This document shows positions 1-11,023 of a stretch of DNA of 64,000 nt, one piece after another. A program made the position numbers and the translations under genes. Numbering within the stretch: position 1 is the first letter of the stretch; each line of letters starts with the position of its first letter. The notes under the pieces were generated by a model that was not told the origin of the DNA, made no database searches, and saw nothing but the letters and a program-made list of their open reading frames with translations. The stretch spans positions 3,224,001 through 3,288,000 of the forward strand of contig CP158635.1 of NCBI GenBank assembly GCA_050273025.1, given 5' to 3'. The DNA is from Cenococcum geophilum. Its lineage: Eukaryota.

Positions 1-2665
1 CCATCTTCTCCCCCATGGAAACTAGGAGGTCGAAGGCAGCTGTGCGCGCTTTCTCGTTGACTTCTTTGGCTGAGATGACAACTTCTGGGAGGATTGAGGG
101 TATGAAGTGGAGGTCGCTGTTGGGGATGAATTCAACGATCTGAGCGATAGCAGCCAGCCGGTCGCGGCGGGAGGGTGCCGATGCTTTATCCGAACTTTGT
201 AGTAAGAGCTGTTGTAGCTCAGTATTTCGTTCTTCCAGCGCAGCTTTGCCGATGGGTGACTCGGCGAGACGGGGAATGAGCTTGTAAGCTTTCTTCTGCA
301 GCTGCGGATCATCGTCCTTATTAACGATGAGAGCAGCCATTTGAAACAGGGTGGGGAAACTATCGCGAGGGAGGTAGATGGAGATTGTAATGACAAGGTC
401 CATGAGTGTGTGGCTCATTGGTGGCATTTTATCTTTCGTTTTCTCTTGCTTTTGCTTATCGGCTTGTGTTTGGGGACCACCCTCACCAAGGGAGGACTCG
501 AGGTGGGTCGTAACTCGTACGAAGGTTTCCATGAGTTCCTGTGAGAGATGTTACTACCCGTCTAGGAATAGATAAGAGATTCTACTGGCTTACCTTCTCC
601 GGTGTGATGCTCAGATAAGCATTTATACAGCGAAGGATGATCCCTCTGTATTGCGGTAGAGTCTGACTGTAGACGTTGAATAGCACTGCTAGTAGATTGC
701 TAGCGAATCCTGCCAAGTGATCAAGATTATTCTTCGCATCAGCTTTGGATACTTTTGACTGAGCGACAAGATTTTCTTCTTCGTCAAATAACTCTATTAT
801 GGCTTTGTTAGAGTCTACGAGGTTTTGCAGTGCCCTACATAGATCTGTCCTTAGATCCGCCTGCCCATATAGCAAGTTAGATAATAGTTCCGCAAAGCTC
901 TGATCGAAAGCCTAGAACAATGTCAGCGAGTTCGGCAAAAGCGCAAAAATGTTCGACCTACTTCAGTAAGATCAAGCGGCAAATCACAGTAACCGGGCAG
1001 AATAGACCAAACTTGCTGTACAACGGTCTCAAACACCTTGATCTCCATAGTTTTCTCTGCATCCCCGTGCTCGAGAACTCGCTGAAAAATTGCCTCGCTT
1101 AAGGGAACCATATCTGATCTAAAATGTGCCAGGCGCGTATTGCTTACGGAGTCTCGGAGAATTGGCAGCATCCAAACCCGTCCAGGGTGGCCTGGAGCGG
1201 GTTTCGGAAGGTTAAGCGGTAAAATCTTGAGGACGTTATCTGGACCCATGGCCCGTATCGCTTTTGCAAGGACTGCATCGGCTTCTTTCTTTCCCGCGAA
1301 GGACTCGTTTCCTCGCAGTTCCCCAATGGTCCTGACCACGTTTGAGAGAAGCGGGGCTGAACGCCATCGCAACGCTTCGAATATTGCACCGAGAACATTG
1401 AAGACCTCCATCCAGGCGGCTTGGAACTTTATGCTCAAGAGATCCGTAGCAGTCTTCGCTAGCTTCTCCAGGACTTTCTCGTCAAATATTGAAGGGTCCA
1501 GCAGGACGTTGTCTGGTATGCAATTTGCCATGAACGAAATGAGACATTCTGAAGCAGAAATACGGATGTTGTGAGAAGGAGAACTAAGGAAGTTGGATAT
1601 CATAGCAAATAAATTAGGAAGGTTTTGGAAAGTCTCATCAGGGTTGATCTGTGCTGAGACATCGTAACCTCTGGATAAGACAGCTATCCATGGGGGAAGC
1701 AATTGTGAATCATTCTTCGATGGCTGTAGCTCCGAGATCACCTCGAGTAGTCGAGGGAGCTTTACAGAAGACACTTCATCGGCCATTCCAGCGAATATGA
1801 CTTCAAAAACTTCGAATGCAGCCATGGTAAGGTATTCATTGCTCGACTTCGAGATATTCAATAAGAGTTCACAAAGCGAGTCAATCTTTCTACTCGGCCA
1901 GCCTCCAGAAGCAGTCGCAATGGTCTTGATCAGTTGTAAAGCATGAATGAGGCCCGGTTCATGATGTTGACCGTCACGTTGCGACTTGTGCTTTTTACTT
2001 TTGCCAGCAGCATCTGCAACATCCTTCAATGTTCGTAGCGCAGTCTCCGCACACATATCTGCTGCTGGGTGATCCAGCGACGGACTTGGCGGTGGATTTT
2101 TGAGGACTTTAGACAAAGCATCCTGTGCCCGCTTCCTCACTTTCGGTCTGTGGTCGACCGCGATTGTGAGCAGTCCCGCGACCGCCCTCCTCGGGCTAAT
2201 CTGCGTTTGCGGCAGCGCCCATGCCTGTGCATCCTGTATGACCAACAACGACTCCAAGCATCCTATCGAGGATCGAAGAAGCGGCGCTTCAGCTTCCGGA
2301 TGTGTCAATGCCGGCGCAAGGCTCGTCAGGATCTGAGAAAATTTCGACCGAAGCAGCGGCGCGGGGACGTGTGGCGTGACAAGGTCCAGCAAATACACCA
2401 CGGCAGAGGCAACTTCTTTGTTGACGATGCCCTTGCTTGAGGATATGTACTGGCTTAGAAGCGATAGCAGCGCAGCGAAGTATGCTGTGGGCGTGAACTC
2501 GGAATTCTGATCTCGAAGGGTGTCTTCGACCGCGGACAGAACCACTGCGGTCTGTGATCAATGAGCACGAACTCGCAAGAGCGAATTGTACGAGTAACTC
2601 ACCTGCTGCTGGTTTTGCAGCCGTGGAGAAGAGCGAATCTTCGCAAACCTCTCCGTTAAAGACAT
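1..2665 (-). CDS. RRP12: Ribosomal RNA-processing protein 12 (HEAT-repeat/NUC173 nucleolar protein); 5' part only, 3' end runs off the window. Exons 2665-2603, 2551-962, 911-594, 538-<1
   Basis: ATG at 2665 (MSLTERFAKIRSSPRLQNQQQ). Three GT..AG introns (2602-2552, 961-912, 593-539) splice in frame. The translation has RRP12-typical segments: TPTAYFAALLSLL, DHRPKVRKRAQ, WSILPGYCDLPLDL, LAVLFNVYSQT, QLQKKAYKLIPRL, ILPEVVISAKEVNEKARTAAFDLLV. Confidence 0.92.
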
Positions 2666-2877
2666 TTTGGCAGTGTAAGAACTTCGCTGTGGTGCACTAC
2701 TTGGTGTTTGCGGTCCCGCCTTGATAAAAAGTTCAACCTCGCTTAGGAAAAATATTGGCGTGCGACCCTGGTGGTTGATCACCGCAAGGATCTGGAACAA
2801 CACCTTGGAGGCTTTTAAGCGCAAGGGCAATTCAAACTATACGTTATAGGTTTATTTCACTTCAGCTATGCGCCAGA

Positions 2878-2899
2878 CCCCCCCCCCCCCCCCCCCCCC
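2878..2899. repeat. Poly-C tract (22 C; poly-G on minus) between the DOCK 3' end and the RRP12 start
   Basis: Direct reading of the sequence. Confidence 0.9.
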
Positions 2900-3280
2900 A
2901 ATCGGTCCTGAATTACGCCACATTCAAAACATCCTGTCAAATCCAGGAATGAGAACATGCAGCCTATCAAAGAACATGTCAACGACGGACTTTATCTGCC
3001 CACTAAGGGGGGTCTGGGTATAACACCGCGCATAGCACTCATACATATCCGAACAGTCCAGTCGGCCCACCGGCTCCACGCTCGAGGTGTGCGAGAAAAC
3101 AAAACCCCCTATCCAAAAGTAAAAGAACCCAAAGAAAATCTGGTGCGAGGTAAACAAAATTTTTCCAACCAACCGGGACCAAAAGAAGATTAGAAGTAGT
3201 ACCAATCAAACAACGAATCTGATAAAGCCCGATACTCAAGAAGATGGAACCTAGTGCAAGGAAAAATTGAAGAGTCCTTT

Positions 3281-6200
3281 TTACTCCTCCGCCAGTGTCT
3301 CATCAAGTCTTCCTTTAACACTGTTTTTGCTTGCCTTCCTCCCGATATGGAGAAGGCTGAGCCGCTTTCTCACACTACCCACCCTATTGCCAAAACTGTG
3401 ACTACTAGATTGTTCGCTCTTGCTGGTCTCAGGTCTTCGATCAATACTTTGGCTATTGCGACTTTGGGCCTGTGTTTGGACGAGGCTTTGATTTTGCGGT
3501 TGACTTGGTGCGGGTGCGGACTCATTTGTAGATGTTTGGTGTAAGAAGCTTAAGCGATGCTTCCCGGCGTCTTTGCTCCTGCTGCGTGATGATGCTCGGT
3601 TTGATTGATTTTCGACGTCTTCTTCTACAGGTGGCTTGGTCTGCTTGCGTCCTTCGCGAGGTTCACTGACAGAACCGCGTTTGAGGAAGGTAAGGCTGAG
3701 GCGATTCTTCTCATGGCGACCTGGTTTGATTTCGGGGACTACGCTCGTCTGTGTACCGTTGATATGATTGGTTGGAGGGGCAATAGGACTAGTAACTAGA
3801 GAAGGTGAGGAAGCTGCAAGCCAGGAAGTTGTTGGCGATCGCATTAGTGGGCCTTGGGAACCCGGCATGAGAGCTGTTAGCTCATACGCGAAGGTAGCTT
3901 CGAAACCTGAGTAATTTGTTAGCTGACTGCTAGCTTGTACGGTTGCCTTGAATATTTTATTCAATTTATACGTACGTTGAGTCAGGTCTGCTTTGGTGGC
4001 TTGATGAGCAGGCCGAGAGTATAAAGCTAGGCATCGTTTCATAACTAGAGCGTAATCCATCATTGCCACTTTCAGTGCGTTTTCGAGAAGATTTGCTGGA
4101 CGTTCTTCCTCTTGCTCTTCCTCCTCCTCCTCGTCTATTTCGATGGAGTCTCGAGTTTTGGGCAATAAATCACGATAATTCGCAATGCTCGTTTCAGAGG
4201 CTGGGTCAACTGCCATCATCAGCTCCTGCGTAAGAGAAGTGAAAGCAGAGTCCTCTCCATCCGCTGCTCGCTTTTCCAGTGCAAGGAGTTCCGTTGTCTT
4301 TCGTGCGGTACGTTCTATAGCAGTTTGTAAGGGTGTCAAAGTGACATTGCCAACGGACGTGATTTCACTTCTCCGAAGAATCGTTGGGAATGCCTCGGCT
4401 GTTGTGTAGACAGTTTTTTCAACAGTTTGGTCCTTGATGCTGGCCTCTGGCCCTTGCCGTCGGGAGGTCGTTGTGAAATGGGTCGGTCTGGAAAGCAGAT
4501 AATAGTCCCGAATCGGCTGTGCAACCTTTGCCCGCTGATAGATTGGATGAAGCAAATCCTTTTGGGGACTGACAGGGTATATATGCAGATACTGGCCCTC
4601 AACGTCTTCCTCTCCACCTGCTTGTAATATCTGAGCAGAAGGATGTTGCTGTTGCATCCGATCTGTGAACGTTGCTAAGCGGTCGCTTGGTGAACCTTCA
4701 AATATGAATTGCTTGTCTCTCAGACCAACCGGGAATCCCAAGCCTTTATACACAACGCGGAAATACCGAGGATTCTGCCTCTCGCCCTTACTTATGCTTT
4801 CATATATCGTTGCCATCGCACGCTGGGTTCGCGCCAGCTTCGAGAAGTCAAATATGTTGTGCTCATATTGTGTCGCGAGCTCCATGTAAGTTCCCAGAGC
4901 ATTATCCCATGATAAGCCATCCTCGTAATACTTGATCATCTGGAAGTACAGCTGCTCTTTTCGCTCAAAGGAGGTCTGGGCCGGGAATGCTGGATCCACT
5001 AGAGCTTCCACAACCATGGTCGGGTCCCACTCGTAAAGCTCTGCATGAAGACGCAAAGCAAGGCCGGCCTCGGTGAAGTTCTGGGCGTCGGCCTGAAGAT
5101 TCACGAGCTGGTGGACATATCTGATATAGATGTCCTCTTTCTGCATATCTTTCAGGAACTCCATAAGGTGTAGAGTATCCATTATATGGAACACCTCCCC
5201 AGTCGCTTCTGTGCTGTGCACAGCAACAAGGAGATCTAATAATTCATCAATGGTAGTAATGAGGTTCTTTACGGCGAGGAACAGCGGGTCTTCCGGTTCC
5301 TGTGCCAGAGGCTCAAAGAGGTCTATCAACTCTCCGATGAAGAGCTTTTGTAGGATGCTTTCAGTTAGATGCTTGGATTTGAACAACCGATCCAGACAGT
5401 CGATCATTTCTGCCTGTATTAGAGCCAGATCTTGGCTGAGGGTCCATTCGCTAACGATCATCGTTTGCAGAACTTCAATCGCAACGCTCCGTAATCCTTC
5501 GTGGACGCTAAGGCAAAGTTCTACTATCGGCGCAACCAAGCCTGGAACGTATTGCACTTGGAACCCTCCCATCTTTTCGAGCCCGTACTGTTTCCTGTCT
5601 TCAGAGCTCGTCTCCCAGCCAATAGCCTCCCAGCTCCGTCGAAGCAGGTCTGCTCCTAACTCTCGAACATCACCGGCTATCTTCCACACAGCTCTGCGTT
5701 TCTGCTCAGGGAAGGTTTCTAGAGCAAGAGCGTCGCTTCCAACAAGCTTAAGGAGCGCATCAAAGAACGCGCGCCAAAGATCGGTGTTGAATTGATCTGC
5801 TTCGTCAGGATGTGGCAGGAAGGAGTCGATGAGAATGCTTGCAAGCTTTTCCAGTGTTCGCATAGTAGCCTTATGGTGGTATATGTGAACGCTTAGCCAT
5901 GAAGTAGGGAAAGCTTCACCATCAAGGATCGAGATGTATACTTGCAAGGCACTGAAAAGGAAATCCGCAATGTCCGCTTTGGGCCAGTCAAGGTGGATAA
6001 TCGTTGGTAGGCTGGACATTGCTGCCAGGACCGCTGATATTTCAATGAGAGCCTCGTCAAAAACTGCAGCAGTAGTTGTCGGCCGAGAAGGAAATGGATA
6101 TGAAGTTGGGAATAATAAGGAAAGAGAGCTCTTCGAGGAGCGTGGTATAGATTGAATCGCACGATAGGAATCGGCCAACTTTGGGATGTATTCGCAAGCC

Positions 6201-9200
6201 TCCTGGCCTAGCTCCTCAACTTGAGAAGCTACGACCGAGCAACAGAGGCGTACTTGGTCTTTCCACTGCTCAGTGACAGTATTTACCTTGCCCCAATGGG
6301 GAGCAAGCCAGCGCACTGTATTGCTGAGCAGTACCCGTCGAGTGTCCGGTGTCTTGAAAACGTCGACTTGCGCGAAGTGAATGATGAGGACCAGTATGTA
6401 TAGAACAAGCTTTCCTTGTGCGGCCGAACAAGAATCAATGAAATCTGAAGCGAGCTTCAAGATTTCGGTGGGAGACATTGAGGGTGATAATTCAGGTAGC
6501 CAGGTATGGAAGTGTTGGACGACCAGTGTCTTGGTTCCGATAAGAATCGGTGCTGGGTTCGCCATGAGAGCCTCTAGTGACTTGAAGATATTTTGTAGGT
6601 CCTTCGTAAAGGTGGGCTGTCTACTGGTAATGCCAATACCAGCCTCTTTTTCTTTTTGTTGTTGTCGTGCATTCATGATAAACTTAAGAATGTGGCTACC
6701 GACCTTGAATGTTGCTCGCAGCCGGCGAGATGATTCCGGATCCACAGGGTTTGCCAATAGTCTTGTGTAGCTTCTAACCAAACAAGATGTTGCGAAAGGA
6801 TATTTGAACCTGTTTGCTGCGTACTGATCAACCAGTGGGCCCAAGTTGAAGCGCCGATCATGCACTATTCCAAGCACAATAACCAAGGCGTTGAAAACCA
6901 AGTCTTCGTACTCCTCACCTCCTGCATACTCAACCAAAATCTCAAATAGTGCATCGAAGACTTCGTTCAAAAGCTTCACAATCTCGATCTCGGGGACGAA
7001 GACAAATCTTCGAAGGAGTGCAGCGAGTTCTCCAGAGGCCTGGTCACGCCATTTTAGGAGGCCAAGAAGATTTGGATCCTGAGAGTATTTCGTACTACAA
7101 AGATATGTGCGAAGGTGGAGTGATGCCACTGGACCGGTAACAGATTCGTCTTTTCTTCTCGAGCTCCATGGAAGGGCAAGGTAAGCTCCACGACCCGCAA
7201 TCATGCTTGAGGTATATTCATCGTATTTATAAAGTGCTAGAGAATGGTCCCCGTCACGAACGAAGGCATCCTGGGTCCAAAGTGGCATCCAGCACAGAGC
7301 AAAGGGAAACCCAGGAGCGTCTGCTACGCTCATAACAATATGAGACCCAGGGACTTCCTCGGGGCTGATAGCAAGCCGAACCGTAAGGTTCCAACCTCCG
7401 CCCCGCTCAACCGCAGTTGTCCGCCATGCTGTATGCCCAGCACTATTACAGGAGGGATATATGCAGCCATCGATTCGCTCCCCAGTGGACTTACGAACCT
7501 CAATTGTTAGCTGAAGGTTACCCATCCCGGAAGTTTGCCCGAGAGGGACGGTTCCAGACTTAGGATGAGAGAGGAAGGCGTTACGTGGGAGGAAAGGCTC
7601 AACCAACGTCAAGTAGATATCACTTCTTGGCTTGGTTGGAGCCCCAGAGAATCCAATTTTCCGCGTCTGTTTGATATTGTGGAGTAAAGTTGGAGTCTTT
7701 TCGATCAACGTTTCTGCATCCGGATTGGCAAATGCTTTCACGTGGACATTGAGGCGGTTCACAAGCGAATGCTTCTTGTATCTACCGTTAGCACTTGGAT
7801 ACAACTCAGTGAGCAAGCTATCCCATTCCTCATTTTCATCCACTATCTCGTCGAAAGGCGATGGAGGTGTCCATAAGGTAACCGATTGTTCCGCTTCTGA
7901 TTGAGATTTCACTAGAGGGTCTACTCGGAGAAGCCCAACAGCCACAGTTCGCTTCACGGTTTTCTGATCTCTAGATGGGGTCCTTTGTTTAGCAGATTCA
8001 GGTCGACTATCAGCAGTTTGGCCTCGATTAGAATCAACACTCGTTGGTCTATGTTCGGAGCTCATGTTGATCGCTTCGGACTCCTTGCGTGCTTTGTGAC
8101 CGAACATGATGCTGCGACGTCCACCCTTGATGCTTCCAAACTGCGAAGCCTGGAGCGGGGGTGCATTCTGACTTGATGTGCTCTCACGCGGAGCACTGGA
8201 GCTGCCGAGGCTGGAACTGCCACAGTAGGGCTCGTTGGTTAATAATTTGAAGACGAGGAAAAGATTCGAGCTAGAACCCGCTCCTTCGCCAATATCCGTG
8301 GAACTTAGATCAACAAAAAGGGCCTTCATTTTCTCCGCATTAGGCCCTGCTGTTGCACCTTCCCGCGCAGAAAGGTCAATTGAGTACACTTCGGATAAAG
8401 GTTTTGGGGCAGAGCCAGGAATTTTAAGACAGAGATGTATGCTCACTTGAGCAGCTGTCTGGGTGAAGTCGCCTAGGACATTTCTAATGCTGACGAATAG
8501 ATGATGAAGATTGTGTTCGTCAATGTGCTGGACAGGTCGTTCCTCGAGCAAGCTCATTATGGACTGCAAGCGTGTAATTTCAATTGCGGAGTCGTCCCCG
8601 GTCAAGATCCGACCGCTCTGTGAGGGGCTACGCACGATCACTTCTCCACAGAGCATCTTATTGCCGCTAACAAGATCCCAAACGGTCACTTCGCGCACTT
8701 TACGCAGTTCTTGCGCAGTCAGCACCTTATGTAACAACTGCCGTCGCGCAGTATCTAGGCGTTGTACCAAAGCCGACATCTTGTCCAACGTGCTGTACCG
8801 CCTTGCAAGAAGAAGCTCATGTAACTTTGTAGAGTGCCATTCCCTCAGACACGACGCGATTTCATCTACCAGGGGTTCTTGTGTAGAAGTCGGAGTTTCG
8901 TCACCAATCTTCAGCATCGGTACAGGTGCCGGAGGTCGCGGAGCATTTGGGTCGCGTGAGGTGACAGATATTGGCGATAGCGGGAGCATAAGCTGCTGAA
9001 GATGATCTGAGCGCGCCGTCCATTGCGATCCATGACTTCCCGCTCTCTTTTTATTCGACTTTCTTCTCGGCAATGGAGACACAAGGGATGGAAGAATTAA
9101 TATTGGATCAGGCTTCGAGATTGGTTTTGTTCGCGGAACGGCTGTTTTGCCAGGTATTGAAGTCGCAGATGCGCTTTCAGTCGGGGTGATGACGCCGTTG

Positions 9201-9553
9201 GTATGCTGTTCTGCATGGCTGCCACGAGAGCTGGGGATTTTCTCAATAATGTCTGAGTTGCACCCAGGTGTTTTGCCCTCTCCAAGCACCTCGCGAACCT
9301 CGACGCAGCATCGCGGAAATATTCCAGAAAAAACGCGCGCCTCAAGGGTCTGGCCCCTGACACTCGTCAAACCGGCTAGCAGTGACGGAGGCGCAACCAG
9401 ATATCCTCGATACCAAGCTCCATCCTTCCCTCCCTGCTCAATTATGTATAATTCGTCGCCAATCTCAAGAGGTAGGTCGGCGGGTGACGAGGGTTGGAAG
9501 GGATATACACAGATTGCGAAAGCAATCCTAGGAAGAGGCCTCCAACCTGGCAT
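3281..9553 (-). CDS. DOCK-family guanine nucleotide exchange factor (N-terminal SH3, DOCK-N, C2/DHR-1, DHR-2; yeast Dck1-like), with a probable 69-nt intron at 3907-3975
   Basis: The 2093-aa ORF has its first ATG at 9553 (MPGWRPLPRIAFAICVYPF). SH3 motif DLPLEIGDELYIIEQGG..WYRGY; C2 region PRSDIYLTL; DHR-2 motifs YIRYVHQL, EAGLALRLHAELYEW, YFRVVYKGLGFP, AFPTILRRSEI. Intron reads GTACGT...GCTAAC...CAG. Confidence 0.92.
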   Translation of the reverse strand: MPGWRPLPRIAFAICVYPFQPSSPADLPLEIGDELYIIEQGGKDGAWYRGYLVAPPSLLAGLTSVRGQTLEARVFSGIFPRCCVEVREVLGEGKTPGCNSDIIEKIPSSRGSHAEQHTNGVITPTESASATSIPGKTAVPRTKPISKPDPILILPSLVSPLPRRKSNKKRAGSHGSQWTARSDHLQQLMLPLSPISVTSRDPNAPRPPAPVPMLKIGDETPTSTQEPLVDEIASCLREWHSTKLHELLLARRYSTLDKMSALVQRLDTARRQLLHKVLTAQELRKVREVTVWDLVSGNKMLCGEVIVRSPSQSGRILTGDDSAIEITRLQSIMSLLEERPVQHIDEHNLHHLFVSIRNVLGDFTQTAAQVSIHLCLKIPGSAPKPLSEVYSIDLSAREGATAGPNAEKMKALFVDLSSTDIGEGAGSSSNLFLVFKLLTNEPYCGSSSLGSSSAPRESTSSQNAPPLQASQFGSIKGGRRSIMFGHKARKESEAINMSSEHRPTSVDSNRGQTADSRPESAKQRTPSRDQKTVKRTVAVGLLRVDPLVKSQSEAEQSVTLWTPPSPFDEIVDENEEWDSLLTELYPSANGRYKKHSLVNRLNVHVKAFANPDAETLIEKTPTLLHNIKQTRKIGFSGAPTKPRSDIYLTLVEPFLPRNAFLSHPKSGTVPLGQTSGMGNLQLTIEVRKSTGERIDGCIYPSCNSAGHTAWRTTAVERGGGWNLTVRLAISPEEVPGSHIVMSVADAPGFPFALCWMPLWTQDAFVRDGDHSLALYKYDEYTSSMIAGRGAYLALPWSSRRKDESVTGPVASLHLRTYLCSTKYSQDPNLLGLLKWRDQASGELAALLRRFVFVPEIEIVKLLNEVFDALFEILVEYAGGEEYEDLVFNALVIVLGIVHDRRFNLGPLVDQYAANRFKYPFATSCLVRSYTRLLANPVDPESSRRLRATFKVGSHILKFIMNARQQQKEKEAGIGITSRQPTFTKDLQNIFKSLEALMANPAPILIGTKTLVVQHFHTWLPELSPSMSPTEILKLASDFIDSCSAAQGKLVLYILVLIIHFAQVDVFKTPDTRRVLLSNTVRWLAPHWGKVNTVTEQWKDQVRLCCSVVASQVEELGQEACEYIPKLADSYRAIQSIPRSSKSSLSLLFPTSYPFPSRPTTTAAVFDEALIEISAVLAAMSSLPTIIHLDWPKADIADFLFSALQVYISILDGEAFPTSWLSVHIYHHKATMRTLEKLASILIDSFLPHPDEADQFNTDLWRAFFDALLKLVGSDALALETFPEQKRRAVWKIAGDVRELGADLLRRSWEAIGWETSSEDRKQYGLEKMGGFQVQYVPGLVAPIVELCLSVHEGLRSVAIEVLQTMIVSEWTLSQDLALIQAEMIDCLDRLFKSKHLTESILQKLFIGELIDLFEPLAQEPEDPLFLAVKNLITTIDELLDLLVAVHSTEATGEVFHIMDTLHLMEFLKDMQKEDIYIRYVHQLVNLQADAQNFTEAGLALRLHAELYEWDPTMVVEALVDPAFPAQTSFERKEQLYFQMIKYYEDGLSWDNALGTYMELATQYEHNIFDFSKLARTQRAMATIYESISKGERQNPRYFRVVYKGLGFPVGLRDKQFIFEGSPSDRLATFTDRMQQQHPSAQILQAGGEEDVEGQYLHIYPVSPQKDLLHPIYQRAKVAQPIRDYYLLSRPTHFTTTSRRQGPEASIKDQTVEKTVYTTAEAFPTILRRSEITSVGNVTLTPLQTAIERTARKTTELLALEKRAADGEDSAFTSLTQELMMAVDPASETSIANYRDLLPKTRDSIEIDEEEEEEQEEERPANLLENALKVAMMDYALVMKRCLALYSRPAHQATKADLTQRTYKLNKIFKATVQASSQLTNYSGFEATFAYELTALMPGSQGPLMRSPTTSWLAASSPSLVTSPIAPPTNHINGTQTSVVPEIKPGRHEKNRLSLTFLKRGSVSEPREGRKQTKPPVEEDVENQSNRASSRSRSKDAGKHRLSFLHQTSTNESAPAPSQPQNQSLVQTQAQSRNSQSIDRRPETSKSEQSSSHSFGNRVGSVRKRLSLLHIGRKASKNSVKGRLDETLAEE

Positions 9554-10638
9554 GTCGCACACGCAACCTGATCGCGCTATGTTGGACCGTGTTGGAGCGA
9601 AATCATTACGGGTCGAGGAGGTCGAAGGGGTCTCGCAGATGGACTCGAGATGTGTAGCTGGGTGCTTATGTCGCGTTGCTCATCTGCATGAAGGACGCCC
9701 CTGATGGAATAGGGACGGGATGGAGCGAGCGATGGACTGAGCGCCGATCGGTAGAGATTCTGGGTTAAGATGTTCAATTGGGTTGAGTGTCTAGCGTAGC
9801 AAGCCAGCCAGGGAAGGGAAGCGGGCGAATGATATGGCGGAAAAAGCCAAGCCAAAGGAGCAAGAATTGAGGAAGTTAGTAGAAAACGGTTTGTTAAGGG
9901 TCCAAGCGTTGCTTGACCCAAGGGGCTGTTCCTGCGTTTGATGTGCTTGGCGTCGTCTGCTCATCATCGATTCTACCTGACGGTTTCGACAATGCCTTTG
10001 CATGCTACCAGTAGGCTCTACATGTCTGACAACCCATGCCTGGCAATCCATGCCTGACAATCCATGCCTCTGCTGGCCGGCTTTTCCTGCCTATTTCCAC
10101 CATGGAACCGTTCGGATGATTGTCAGCATATTATCGCATCGGGAGAGAGGTGTAACCACCTCATAACCAATATCGTGGTGTGCGCACACCTAAAGGCCGC
10201 CGCTCAAGGATCTGATAGCTATCTCGTTACAAATCCAGCAACATAAATTTGCTTAGAAGTCATGTGAAAAGTTGTTGCTAGTCTACAAGTGTGGCCCAAA
10301 AAAAGGCGCCAGCGCTAATTATGGCACCCGATTTGGCGCGCTACCGTACAGCGTCTCTTCAATTCCGGTGGTTAGCGCAGCCACGTCTGCACGGCCTTTT
10401 TGTAGGGGAACTTTTGGTATTTTTGCTGTTTAAGGGAAAGTTAATAAAACACGCTAACCACCGGATGTGCCAGGAGGCTGTAGATCTGCCGCCCAGCCTG
10501 CGTTTCTAGTAACCAAGTGAGGTCCGTTCAGCCTTTTCTGGATTCCATTTTACAGCTTACCAACAGCAACAACGACTGGTTATGCAGACCACCTAGCGTG
10601 AAACAACTTTATCATGCTACGCACTTGGAATTTCCAAC

Positions 10639-11012
10639 ATGAAAAGAAGCCGCGTCCACATCAAAGACTACACTGTGGGGTGGGTTTGTGCCCTGCCTAT
10701 CGAGCTCGCTGCGGCACAGGAGATGCTAGACGAGGAGCACTTTGACCTACAACGGGATAGAAATGACACTAATCTATCACACTCGGTCGTATCGGCGAAC
10801 ACAACGTCGTCATCGCATGCCTTCCGGTCGGCCAGACAGGCACCAACTCTGCGGCTCAGTTGCAGTTCAGATGAAGTCAAAATTTGTGTCAATACAGTTC
10901 GGCCTAATGGTAGGTATCGGAGGTCCGGGTCCCAAGCGCTGAGTCAGAACTACAACTTGGCGATGTAGTAATCAGCCAGCCATATATGCATCACGGAGGA
11001 GTGGTCCAATAT
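10639..11012 (+). pseudogene. Truncated, frameshifted PNP_UDP_1 (purine/uridine phosphorylase-like) domain of the kind found at the N-terminus of fungal NLR/NACHT proteins
   Basis: Across three frameshifts it reads DYTVGWVCALPIELAAAQEMLDEEH..NL/TLGRIGEHNVVIACLP.GQTGTNSAA/VAVQMKSKF.SIQFGLMVGIGG/VPS....LGDVVISQP...GGVVQY, then stops abruptly at the repeat insertion. Confidence 0.85.
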
Positions 11013-11023
11013 AGTAGATATTA

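Noticed and set aside
3254..9704. Many plus-strand ORFs, up to 221 aa, opposite the DOCK gene (and likewise opposite RRP12)
   Set aside because: Antisense shadows of long coding regions with no recognisable motifs.
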